Source: Pseudomonadota bacterium (GTDB lineage: Bacteria; Myxococcota; JACRCW01; JAFGSX01). From it: 64,000 nt of DNA. The position numbers were made by a program, and so were the translations under genes. Where the stretch lies: contig JBDRCO010000134.1 in assembly GCA_043821645.1 (NCBI GenBank), positions 60,170 to 124,169 of the forward strand, given 5' to 3'. The notes beneath the pieces are model-generated. The model did not search any database, was not told where the DNA came from, and worked only from the letters and a program-made list of their open reading frames with translations. This document shows positions 34,794-44,083 of the stretch, one piece after another (position 1 is the stretch's first letter; each line of letters begins with the position of its first letter).

Positions 34794-37766
34794 ATGGAAG
34801 CAGCGCTTGCAAAACTGCTCGTCGACGAGGGCGGCATCGCAGCCGAGCGGCTCGATGAGGCCGTGCGGCGCAATGCCCAGCACGGTGGGCGAATCGACAC
34901 CTACCTGCTCGAGCTGGGCCTGATCGACGAGGCGAGGCTGACCGAGCTGCTGGCGCGAGCCTACAATCTGCCTCCGGCCGACTTCCGAGCCCTGGTCAAG
35001 GTGGACCTGCAGGCCCTGCGCGTGCTTCCGTCCAGGGTCGCGGAGCGCTGCCAGATCTTTCCCTTCCTGCTTCAGGGTACGGATCTGCATGTCCTGGCAC
35101 CTGGACCGCCCGACATGATGCTGCTCGAAGAGATCGGCGAGATGGTCGGACGTACGGTGGTGCCCCACGTGGCCACCGAGTACCGCATCGCGCGTGCCCT
35201 CTCGCACTTCTACGGGCTGCCCATCCCGGTGCGCTTCGCCACCCTGGAGCGCGTCGCCGAGGGCCGTCCCGTCTCCGCCACGGCAGACGCCGACGTGGGT
35301 GGTCGTGCCACCGGATCCGCGGACACGCCTGTCGAAGCCGCGCGCTGGCCCCTGGACAGGGCGCTCGCCCACCTGGCTGCCGCGCGCGATCGCGATGCTG
35401 TCATCGACGTCATCCTGACCTATGGCAAGAGCTTCGTGGAATGTGCGGCCCTGCTCGGCGTGCACGCGGGGCGCGCCGTGGGCTGGCAGGCCGTGGGGGC
35501 CGCCGCCACACCGGAGTCCCTGCGCGCCATGGCGCTCGCCCTCGACGAGCCCTCGGCCCTGCGCACGGTCATCGACACCACAGCCCCGTACCTGGGCAAG
35601 TTTGGAGCCGGACCCGTCCACGATACCTTGCTCGAGGTTCTCGGCCGACCGCGTCCGCGCACCGTCGTGCTCTACCCTGTGCTGGTGGCCGGTCGCGTGA
35701 TCGCCATCTTTTACGGCGACAACGGCAAGCGAGCTTTGCGCACCGGCGATCTCGCGGACCTGCTGGCTTTCTGTGCCCGCATCGGGGCGGCCTTCGAGAA
35801 TGTCATCCTCGCTCGCAAACGGCAGCCGCCACAGCCCTTGCGGCCAGTTCCAGGTGCCGATCCCGTCGAGGTGGACGAGGTCCGCCCGGGCGCGGCCACC
35901 CACGAATCAGATCTCGAGGCCGCCGAAGACGTCGAGGCGTCCGTGGCGGCACCCCAGGTCTTCACGGTGCTGGTCGATGTCGAGTCCGCGACGCCAGCCA
36001 TGTCGATGGTTGAGGAGGAGACCGCCGACCAGCCCCAGGCGCATCGCGAAGTCGAAGCGCAGGTCGTGGTGCGCGCCGATGAGGTCTCCGCCGACGAGCT
36101 GGCGAGCTGGGACGATGAGGTGCTGCTGACTCTCGGCGCAAGTGGTCAGCGGCCGGCGGCAGTGGTGCCTCCGGCCGAGGTCGACCTGGCTGCCGACCTG
36201 CTCAGGGATGGTCACCCGGAGGAGGAGAGCGTGGTCCTGGACGAGGGCCTGGACGACGCTCTGGGTTTCGGCGACGGGACCGGATTCGAGAGCGGGGAGG
36301 AGTCCCTGCCAATCCGTCAGCTGCAGATCTCCGATGCCCTCGACCAGGCCATGGCCGAGGCCGCGGGACTCCCGCCGGAGAGCGTCCTCGACCGGGTCGC
36401 ACAGCCTGACCCGATGTCAGAGTCCGATACGCCGTCGGGATCATCAGGGACTGCCGAGGACGTGGCGGATGCACCTGCGGTGCGGGTGGAGCCTGAGCCG
36501 GAGTCCTCCCCGGTGGCGCAGCGTGTAGATGCTTTGCAGGGACTCATGGATCTCGACACCAACCAGGACGCCGAGGGCGACGAGGACCATCCCGACGAAG
36601 AATCCGTGGTGTTCGAAGACCTCGAGTCCGAGAAGGGCACCGCGTCGTGGCGCGAGGCTCTCCAGGACACGGTCGAGAGCGGCCACCAGGGTGGTGAGGT
36701 GGTGCCCCCACCCACAAGCGTGTTGCACGCCGAGGCCGAAGGTGTGGACTTCTCGGAGATCGTGTCCGAGGTCGTGGCGCGCACTCCCGGGACACCGGTG
36801 CAGCCCCAGCAGCCTCAGGCCGTCACTCCACGAGAAAGCGGTGCCGACCTCGAGGTTGGAACACCCCGGATCAGCGCCCCGGCCACGCCGGCGAGTTTCT
36901 CGCTGGCCGATCTCAACCGCCTGTGTGAGAAGATCGCCGGGACGGAGAGTGCGGCGGCTCGGCAGGCTCTGCGGGAGCTGGTTCAGGCGGATCTGCGCCT
37001 GGTGCCCATGCTCACGTCGCGCTTTCCCGGCCGCGTCAGCTTCGACCCTTTCGCCCAGGACTGGGCCATCCCCGAGCCCGATGATCTATCACCACTGATC
37101 GCGCTCCTGGTGCAACGGCCTGACATCGGCGCCGAGGTTGCGCTGGCACACCTGGATTCCAGCTTCCCGGCCCTGCGCTGGTTCGCGGTCTACCTGTTCC
37201 GCCATGTCCACGACGCGCGCGCCATCAAGGCCATCATGCCGCGCTTGCATGACGAGGAGCCGCGCATCCGGCACCTGACGGCCGAGGTGCTCAAGAGCTA
37301 CACCTCTGACGCCGGCTTCGACGTCGTCATCAAGCACCTGCGAAGCCGTCTGCAGTCTCCGGTGGCTGAAGTGCGTCGCCGTGCCATCTACTTCCTGGGT
37401 TTCTTCAAGGACGTGAGCAGCGTGCCCCACCTGGTAGGATGCCTGAGCGCCCGCGAGCCCGAGCTGGTGGCCGAGGCCGTGCAAGCCCTGGCCGCGATCA
37501 CGATGCAGACCCTGGGGTCGTCGCAGCGCAAGTGGCTCAAGTGGTGGGAGAAGAACCAGATCCGCAGCCGCGTCGAGTGGCTCATCGACGGACTCAGGCA
37601 CCGGGACCGCAACATCCGCTATGCGGCCAGCGTCGAGCTCACCGGCATTGCCCGCGAGACCTTTGGCTACGACTACGACGGCAAGAAGCGCGATCGCGAG
37701 AAGGCTGCCAAGGCCTGGGATCGCTGGTGGAAGGGTGAGAAGAAGCGGATGCACATCGAGGCGTGA
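34794..37766 (+). CDS. GspE-N/MshEN-like + GAF-like + acidic linker + HEAT-repeat protein (FrgA-like architecture)
   Basis: LAKLLVDEG...GGRIDTYLLELGLIDEARL; GAF-like YPVLVAGRVIAIFYGDNG; long D/E-rich linker; HEAT repeats and WxxWW motifs at the C-terminus. Confidence 0.7.
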   Translation: MEAALAKLLVDEGGIAAERLDEAVRRNAQHGGRIDTYLLELGLIDEARLTELLARAYNLPPADFRALVKVDLQALRVLPSRVAERCQIFPFLLQGTDLHVLAPGPPDMMLLEEIGEMVGRTVVPHVATEYRIARALSHFYGLPIPVRFATLERVAEGRPVSATADADVGGRATGSADTPVEAARWPLDRALAHLAAARDRDAVIDVILTYGKSFVECAALLGVHAGRAVGWQAVGAAATPESLRAMALALDEPSALRTVIDTTAPYLGKFGAGPVHDTLLEVLGRPRPRTVVLYPVLVAGRVIAIFYGDNGKRALRTGDLADLLAFCARIGAAFENVILARKRQPPQPLRPVPGADPVEVDEVRPGAATHESDLEAAEDVEASVAAPQVFTVLVDVESATPAMSMVEEETADQPQAHREVEAQVVVRADEVSADELASWDDEVLLTLGASGQRPAAVVPPAEVDLAADLLRDGHPEEESVVLDEGLDDALGFGDGTGFESGEESLPIRQLQISDALDQAMAEAAGLPPESVLDRVAQPDPMSESDTPSGSSGTAEDVADAPAVRVEPEPESSPVAQRVDALQGLMDLDTNQDAEGDEDHPDEESVVFEDLESEKGTASWREALQDTVESGHQGGEVVPPPTSVLHAEAEGVDFSEIVSEVVARTPGTPVQPQQPQAVTPRESGADLEVGTPRISAPATPASFSLADLNRLCEKIAGTESAAARQALRELVQADLRLVPMLTSRFPGRVSFDPFAQDWAIPEPDDLSPLIALLVQRPDIGAEVALAHLDSSFPALRWFAVYLFRHVHDARAIKAIMPRLHDEEPRIRHLTAEVLKSYTSDAGFDVVIKHLRSRLQSPVAEVRRRAIYFLGFFKDVSSVPHLVGCLSAREPELVAEAVQALAAITMQTLGSSQRKWLKWWEKNQIRSRVEWLIDGLRHRDRNIRYAASVELTGIARETFGYDYDGKKRDREKAAKAWDRWWKGEKKRMHIEA

Positions 37767-37832
37767 ACGTCCTCCCCTGGGGCCCGAGGCAGGCCTGAAC
37801 ATTATCGAGCACGTGTCAGGCCCTGGCGGGGG

Positions 37833-40352
37833 CTAGTACAGAGTTGCCGTGATCGTGAATTCGCCCGCGGTGGCTGCGGTGGTGCCGTCGACGATGATGT
37901 AGATTGGCGTGTTGGCGGTGACCGAGGCGTCGAGCCCGTACCATGGCCCCTGACTCTCGCACGCATTTTCGTCACCGCAGCTCGAGGTCGCCCACAGCGT
38001 TGGCAGGTAACCCGCGGTGTTCGGGGTGAGCGCCACGAATAGCATGCCATCGCTCGCTGGCGTGATGACGTAGACCACGTCGCGGCCCGGCAAGGTCACT
38101 GCGTCGCAGAGGGCGGACAGCGCTGTGTTGCCGTAGTCACTGGTGGCGTCGATGGTGGATCCGTCCTTGCTGACATCGGACTCCAGTGGGATGGCACCGG
38201 CGCAAGTGTTGTTGGCCGGAGGCTGGGGCGGATCGGCCAGGGTCAGGCTCAGGTTGAACTGGCCGTGCGGCCAGCCCGAGTCGTCGACGACCAGGAAATA
38301 AGTCCCCGCGGGGAGCGTCGTGGTCAGGTTGGCGGGCGAGCCTCCCTTGCACCCGAGTTGGTCCTCAACGGTGTCGCTGGCGCAGGTTGACCGCAGATAG
38401 ACGTTCGCCACGAAGTTCGTGGAGATGGCGGTCACCGTGGCTGTCACCTGTTTTCGCTCCTGGAGCTCGAACTGGTAGACCAGGTCGCGCCCGAAGCTGC
38501 CGCCACAGCTCCCGGTGTAGTCGCCCGCGGCCCCGCTGGTATCACCAATCGCAGTGGCCATGTTGCTGTTGAAGGTCAGGACCTCGGGCTGGTCGCAGGC
38601 GTCGTTGGTAGGCGGGGTCAGCGCCGTGACCTGGAGCCCGTAAGTCCCGCTGCCTCCGTCCTGGGTGTCGACCCACACCCAGTAGTCGCCGGCGGCGATG
38701 CGGGTCAGGTCGATCTGCGCGAGATCGCCGACCTGGCAGCAGCCGAGCTCGTGCGCGGCCTCGGTCGAGTCGCACACATCGCGTACGTAGAGCACGCCAC
38801 CGCTGTAGATGCCCGAAAGCGTGACCTCGACGTTGGAGGTGGCATCCAGGTGAAAGCCGTACACGGCGTCCGCGCCGGCCCCTGAGCTGGAGCCGCCGCA
38901 CCCGACGGGCACGGTGTCGTTGCCGACCAGCGACAGGTCGCCCTGCACCTGGGCTTTGCCGCTGCCATCGAAGGTCAGCGGCAGGGCCTCGCTACATTCG
39001 TCGGGGACGAACAGGGGGGTGTCCGTCGTCAAGTCGAGCACGAAGTCGTCGGGGGTCTGGTAGGGCTCGACGATGAGGTAGTAGGTCCCGGCGTCCAAAC
39101 GGTTGAAGACCATGAGGGCGGACTGGTACGAGCCCTGCGCGTAGGTGCAGCCCAGCTGGTCCCCGGCGTCGTCGCTGGCGCACGCCGAGCGCACGTAGAA
39201 CACCGACCGCAGCGAGCTGGATTGATTCTGGGCAGACATCTCGATGGTCAGCTTGTGTGCCTGGGTAAGCGTGAACTGGTAGACCAGGTCCACGGACGGC
39301 GGGTAGCCGCAGGTGCCTGCGTAGTCGTTACCCGCATGCGCGAAGCTACCCTGCACGCTCGCGCTGCCGCTGCCCAGGTCGATGACGGTCGGCGTGCCGT
39401 CGCAGCTGTCGTTGGCCGGGGGGGAGAGGCGCTGGATCTGGAGCAGGTAGGGGCCACCGGCCGTGGCGGTGATGCTATCGACCCACACGTAGTAGGTGCC
39501 GGCTGTCGCTCTTGCCACGTTGAACCGCGGCGGAATCCCCATGAAGTCCTCGCCGCAGCCCAGCTCGTCGGTCTGCGTGGTCGAGCCGCAGACCTTTTGC
39601 AGGTAGACGCGGGTGTTGGCGCCTGCAGCGGGGAGCAAGCGAACGGTCAGGTCATAGGTCGCGTCGAGCGCGAAGCTGTAGACGACGTCTTTGCCCCCGC
39701 TGCCAGAGGTGTAACAGGCGAGGGAGGAGCTGTCGTCGGTGGCTCCCGTGGTGTCGCCCATCGCGCTGGCCAGGCCTGCGCTGTCGAAGCTCAGCTCGAT
39801 GGCACCGCCGCAGGCGTCGTTGGTGGGCGTGGTGGCCGTCTCGCACTGGCCGGCTGCCGAGCACTGCTGCCCGTTCTGGCAGTTGCCGCAGGAGCCGCTG
39901 CAACCGTTGCTGCCGCACACTCGCCCCGTGCAGTCCGCGTGGCAGCAAGCGCCGAGGTGAGCGTCGCAGGTCTGGTCCGCCTCGCAGCAGGTTCCGTAGC
40001 AGAGCTGGGTCGGGCAGCTCCCCGCGTCGATGGGCGGCTGCGCCTGGTCGTGCCCGGCTGCGTCCGTCGGCGCTTGCATGGTGTCGTGGCCGGCAGCGTC
40101 GGTTGGTGGCAGCGTGCCGTCGTGGCCGGCTGCATCGGTCGGTGGCAGCGTGGTGTCGTGAACCGCCGCATCGGTTGGCGGCTGCGACTGGTCGTGACCT
40201 GCCGAGTCCGTCGAACTTGCGGTATCGCCGTGGGCCGCGTCGGCAGCCGACGCTGCATCGTCGCCGGTGGGTCCTCCGCAGTCCCCGCACGCCACCAGTG
40301 AAAGAGCCAGACTCGCGAGACCTATACCTCCGAGAACCCGCCCCCGACGCAT
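37833..40352 (-). CDS. Cys-rich surface lipoprotein with about five PPC-like beta-sandwich repeats
   Basis: GAGGGAGG before ATG 40352; lipobox LVAC; CxGRVCGSNGCSGSCGxC motif; repeats P(T/A)ND(A/S)C...DxVYxF...AGTYYxxVD...GxY/FxL. Confidence 0.72.
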   Translation of the reverse strand: MRRGRVLGGIGLASLALSLVACGDCGGPTGDDAASAADAAHGDTASSTDSAGHDQSQPPTDAAVHDTTLPPTDAAGHDGTLPPTDAAGHDTMQAPTDAAGHDQAQPPIDAGSCPTQLCYGTCCEADQTCDAHLGACCHADCTGRVCGSNGCSGSCGNCQNGQQCSAAGQCETATTPTNDACGGAIELSFDSAGLASAMGDTTGATDDSSSLACYTSGSGGKDVVYSFALDATYDLTVRLLPAAGANTRVYLQKVCGSTTQTDELGCGEDFMGIPPRFNVARATAGTYYVWVDSITATAGGPYLLQIQRLSPPANDSCDGTPTVIDLGSGSASVQGSFAHAGNDYAGTCGYPPSVDLVYQFTLTQAHKLTIEMSAQNQSSSLRSVFYVRSACASDDAGDQLGCTYAQGSYQSALMVFNRLDAGTYYLIVEPYQTPDDFVLDLTTDTPLFVPDECSEALPLTFDGSGKAQVQGDLSLVGNDTVPVGCGGSSSGAGADAVYGFHLDATSNVEVTLSGIYSGGVLYVRDVCDSTEAAHELGCCQVGDLAQIDLTRIAAGDYWVWVDTQDGGSGTYGLQVTALTPPTNDACDQPEVLTFNSNMATAIGDTSGAAGDYTGSCGGSFGRDLVYQFELQERKQVTATVTAISTNFVANVYLRSTCASDTVEDQLGCKGGSPANLTTTLPAGTYFLVVDDSGWPHGQFNLSLTLADPPQPPANNTCAGAIPLESDVSKDGSTIDATSDYGNTALSALCDAVTLPGRDVVYVITPASDGMLFVALTPNTAGYLPTLWATSSCGDENACESQGPWYGLDASVTANTPIYIIVDGTTAATAGEFTITATLY
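40029..40210 (-). repeat. 36-bp (12-aa) coding tandem repeat PPTDAAGHDxxx, about 5 copies
   Basis: DSAGHDQSQ-PPTDAAVHDTTL-PPTDAAGHDGTL-PPTDAAGHDTMQ-APTDAAGHDQAQ-PPIDAG. Confidence 0.8.
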
Positions 40353-40558
40353 GTGGAACCTCCCTCGTTGCGCCACAGACCGGGCCGTGACGAGGTCGCA
40401 CTCTGCGTGTAAGTTTTTGGCGAAGTCAAGCTGCTATAAGTGCTTTGTTTAATGATTACAGTGAGATTGAAATTTGGCAGGAACGGGGCGAAGCCAGCTG
40501 GGGGCGCCGACTGAAGAACAGATGTGAGCTGGGTGCGACCAGGGGGTGCACAGCGCAA

Positions 40559-42293
40559 TCAGGCCTGGGCCGCGGCTCCGCCGACCTTCTTGTCTGCCGA
40601 CTTGGCGGCCCCGCCCTTGCGCTTGGCCAGCTCCATCTCGCGCAGGTCCTTGCGCAGGATCTTCATCATGGTGCTCTTGGGCAGCTCGGGGATGAACTCG
40701 ATCTCGGTGGGAACCTTGTAGGCCGCGAGCTCCTTCTTGCAGTGCTCGCGGATCTGCTCGGCGGTGGCGGTCTGGCCGGGCTTGAGCACCACGAAGCTCT
40801 TGACCGTCTCGCCACGCTTCTCGTCAGGTACGCCGATGGTGGCAGCCTCGAGTACCGCCGGGTGCTCGAACAACACGCCGTCGATCTCGTCAGGGTAGAT
40901 GTTGTAGCCGCCGGCCACGATCATGTCCTTCTTGCGGCCCACGATGGAGCAGTACCCATCGTCGTCGATCTTGGCCAGGTCGCCGGTGTACAGCCATTCG
41001 CCCCGGATCATCTTGGCGGTCTCGTCGTCGCGGTTGAGGTAGCCATCCATGATCTGCGGGCCCTTGAGGCAGAGCTCGCCCTCGGTGTTGAGACCCAGCT
41101 CGTTCTCGCCGGTCTCGATGTCCACGATCTTCTGGTCGGTGCCTGGCACCGGGATGCCGATGGAGCCGACCTTGCGCAGACCGAACAGGGGATTGACATG
41201 GGTGACCGGCGAGGTCTCGGTGAGGCCGAAGCCCCTCGGTGATCTTGCCCCCGGTGAGCTTCTCGAACTTCTCGAGCACCTCGACAGGCAGCGGTGCCGA
41301 ACCCGAGAAGCAGCCCTTGATGCTCGAGATGTCGATGTTGTCGATACCAGGGAAGTTGTTGATGGCGACATAGAGCGCGGGCAACGCCGGGAACAGGCTG
41401 ACCCGGTAGGTGCTGATGCTCTTGACCAGGTCCGCGATGTCGCGCGGGTTGGGCGCCAGCACGATGTGGGCGCCGGCGGCGACGGGCCAGTTCATGGACA
41501 CGGTCATGCCGAAGCTGTGGAAATAAGGCAGGCAGGCCAGAAGCACCTCCTTGCCGACCTCCACGCCCGGGAACCACGACATCACCTGCTGGGTGTTGAA
41601 CGACAGGTTGCGGTGACTGAGCTTGGCGCCCTTGCTCACGCCGGTGGTGCCGCCGGTGTATTGCAGCACGGCCAGGTCATCCAGGGTGACGTCGGCCTTG
41701 GCCGAGTTGGGGCTGCTCTGGGCGATGAGCTCCTTGAAGAAGTGGACCTTGTCCTCGCGCGGAACCTTGACGTACTGCTGGGTCTTCTTGAGCTTGAACG
41801 GCGCCAGCAGGCTGACGGGGAAGGGCAGGTAATCCGGGATCGAGGTCACGACGACGTGCTTGACCGTCGGCACCTTGCTCATGGCCTGGCGCAGCTTGTA
41901 CCAGTAGATGAAATCGCAGGTGACCACCACCTCGACCTGGGCGTCGTTGAACTGGTGGACAAACTCGCGCTCCATGTACAGCGGATTGGTGTTGACGATG
42001 GTGCCGCCGAGCTTGAGCGTCGCGTAGTATGTGATGATCATCTGCGGCAGGTTGGGCATCCAGGCGGCCACGCGGGTGCCCTTCTTGACCCCGAGTTTGC
42101 TCAGCGCGGTCGCGAAGCGATCCACGTGATCCTTGAACTCGCGATAGCTCAGGGTCTTGCCCTTGAGCGTGATGGCCGGCTGGTTGGGGAAGCGTCGCGC
42201 CGACTCCTCGAGGAAATCGACCAGGGTCTTGTTCTGGAACTGGAGCTCCTGCGGGACGCCCTTCTCGTAGTGCTTGAGCCAGATTTTTTCCAT
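40559..42293 (-). pseudogene. fadD: Long-chain-fatty-acid--CoA ligase with apparent +1 frameshift (probably a sequencing error)
   Basis: QYTGGTTGVSKG AMP-binding motif in ORF 40890..42293; GFGLTETSPV, YTGDL, GRKKDMI, LPKS in ORF 40559..41371; the frames join at ITEG-FGLTE if one G is removed from GAGGGGC (41232-41235). Confidence 0.88.
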
Positions 42294-42375
42294 GACTGAA
42301 CCCCCGGCGCCTACAGTGGCGCGCTGTGGTGGTGACCAGTGGGACGAAGCCCCCGTCCCCGATCAGGCAGATACG

Positions 42376-42391
42376 GCGGCTACTGTGCCAA
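42376..42391 (-). promoter_or_regulatory. Possible sigma54 -24/-12 promoter for the acyl-CoA ligase
   Basis: TTGGCACAGTAGCCGC (GG-N10-GC, perfect TGGCAC; -12 box degenerate) about 83 nt upstream of ATG 42293. Confidence 0.3.
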
Positions 42392-42465
42392 GCGCCGGCG
42401 GTCGGCGTCAACCGACAGCAGCACCCGGCACGGCCGTGTCCATGTACGCGGAGCCAGGAGCGCGG

Positions 42466-42579
42466 CTACTTGCCCTGCTTGGACTTGCGCTTGAGCTCTT
42501 TCTTGGCCTTCTTCTCGGCGGTGGACAGCTTGGGTTTGTTGGCTTTTCCCTTGTTGGATTCTTGACCCTTGTTCGCCAT
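42466..42579 (-). CDS. 37-aa lysine-rich small protein
   Basis: AGGAGGG Shine-Dalgarno; ATG...TAG encoding MANKGQESNKGKANKPKLSTAEKKAKKELKRKSKQGK with host-like G/C third positions; below the ORF-track cutoff. Confidence 0.75.
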   Translation of the reverse strand: MANKGQESNKGKANKPKLSTAEKKAKKELKRKSKQGK

Positions 42580-42865
42580 GGCGGGCCCTCCTGGGCGGTG
42601 TTTTCACCGGCCACCGCAGCGCCGTGCACACTCCCCACCATACCACCCGCCGGGCTGCGACGGGAGGCGCTTGTGTGGCGCGCCAGCTGGCACCCGGGGC
42701 CAGGGTGGCGAGGTGGCCCGGTTGCCGGGGCCGAATCTCGATCCGGACCCCAGAATCCCCAGCGGGCGACGATCTCTGTTGAGAACCGCTGCAGGCCGGG
42801 CCTATCCTCGCCGCCATCGGCGTCGACGCATGCAGATGTGTGAGGCGACGTCGACGGGAGCCGTC

Positions 42866-44083
42866 ATGAGTCTGAGCCTGATCGCGCGCGATATCCCCAC
42901 GCCCTCCACCCTGGCCCTGACCGAGCAGGCGCGCCTGCTGCGCCTCAAGGGCGAGCCGGTGATCCACCTCGGCGCGGGGGAGCCGCTCAACCGGGCGCCG
43001 GTGACTGCCATCCTGGGGGCCGCGGCGGCGCTCAAGGATGGCGATATCAAGTACACGCCCACCGAGGGCATCCCGGCGCTGCGGCAGGCTGTGGTGCGCT
43101 ACACCGAGGAGAACTACGGCCGCCGTCCCGAGGTCGACAACGTCATCGTGTCCAACGGTGCCAAGCAGGCCATCTGGAATCTGCTGTTCTCGATCCTCAA
43201 CCCGCAGGATGAGGTGATCGTGCTGGCCCCGTACTGGGTCAGCTACCCCGAGATGATCCGCATGATGCACGGCGTGCCCGTCATCGTGAAGCCCGAGGAC
43301 GGGGGCTTTCACCCACGCATGGAGGAGATCGAGCGGGTGGTGGGTTCCTACACCCGCGCCATCATCGTCAACAGCCCGAACAACCCGACCGGCGCGGTGT
43401 ACTCGAAGGAGTTCATCGCCGAGCTGGTGGCCTTCTGCGAGAAGAAGGGTATCTGGTTCATCTCCGACGACATCTACCACAAGCTGATCTTCGATGATGT
43501 CGAGTGGCCCTCGCCCTACGCCTTCACTGACCGCTCCATCGAGGACAGCAAGGTGGTGTGTGTCAACGGAGTCAGCAAGCTGTACGGCATGACCGGCTTC
43601 CGCATCGGCTGGGTGGTGGCGCCGCGCAAGCTGGTCGGGATCATGAGCAACGTGCAGGCCCAGGTCACCTCGACGGCTTCGCTGGTGCTGCAGGCAGCGG
43701 CGGCCAGCGCCCTGATGGGCGTGCAGTCGCACATCGCGCAGCTCAGGCAGATGCTCGAGAACAACCGCAACGTGATGCTCGCCGAGCTCAAGACCCTGAA
43801 CGGGGTGACCTGCACCCCGCCCCTGGGTACCTTCTATTGCCTGCCCGACTTCAGGGCCTACAGCAAGGACTCCCACGCCCTGAGCAAGCTGATCCTGGAC
43901 AAGGCGCGGGTGGTCACGGTGCCAGGCAAGGACTTCGGCATGGAGGGCCACCTGCGGCTGTCCATCTGTGGATCGATCAAGGACATCAAGCAGGGCGTCG
44001 AGCGCATCAAGTGGGCCATCGACCCCGAATCGCCCAATGAGCTGTTCATCGGCGACCGCAAGCTCGTGAGGGACTGGCTGTGA
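42866..44083 (+). CDS. PLP-dependent aminotransferase class I (aspartate aminotransferase-like)
   Basis: GGGAG before ATG 42866; IHLGAGEP, KYTPTEGIPALR, NGAKQA, NSPNNPTG, SDDIY, GVSKLYGMTGFRIGW. Confidence 0.92.
   Translation: MSLSLIARDIPTPSTLALTEQARLLRLKGEPVIHLGAGEPLNRAPVTAILGAAAALKDGDIKYTPTEGIPALRQAVVRYTEENYGRRPEVDNVIVSNGAKQAIWNLLFSILNPQDEVIVLAPYWVSYPEMIRMMHGVPVIVKPEDGGFHPRMEEIERVVGSYTRAIIVNSPNNPTGAVYSKEFIAELVAFCEKKGIWFISDDIYHKLIFDDVEWPSPYAFTDRSIEDSKVVCVNGVSKLYGMTGFRIGWVVAPRKLVGIMSNVQAQVTSTASLVLQAAAASALMGVQSHIAQLRQMLENNRNVMLAELKTLNGVTCTPPLGTFYCLPDFRAYSKDSHALSKLILDKARVVTVPGKDFGMEGHLRLSICGSIKDIKQGVERIKWAIDPESPNELFIGDRKLVRDWL

Noticed and set aside
34794-37766. Type II secretion/pilus ATPase GspE/PilB (also 49636..51036)
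   Set aside because: Only the N-terminal domain is present; no Walker motifs and no neighbouring T2SS/T4P genes.
40029-40210. CRISPR-like array from ~36-bp periodicity
   Set aside because: In-frame coding tandem repeat without unique spacers; no cas genes.
40400-40480. AT-rich patch as an ncRNA or IHF site
   Set aside because: Probably just the promoter region of the 40352 gene (TTGACT on the minus strand); no convincing structure or consensus match.
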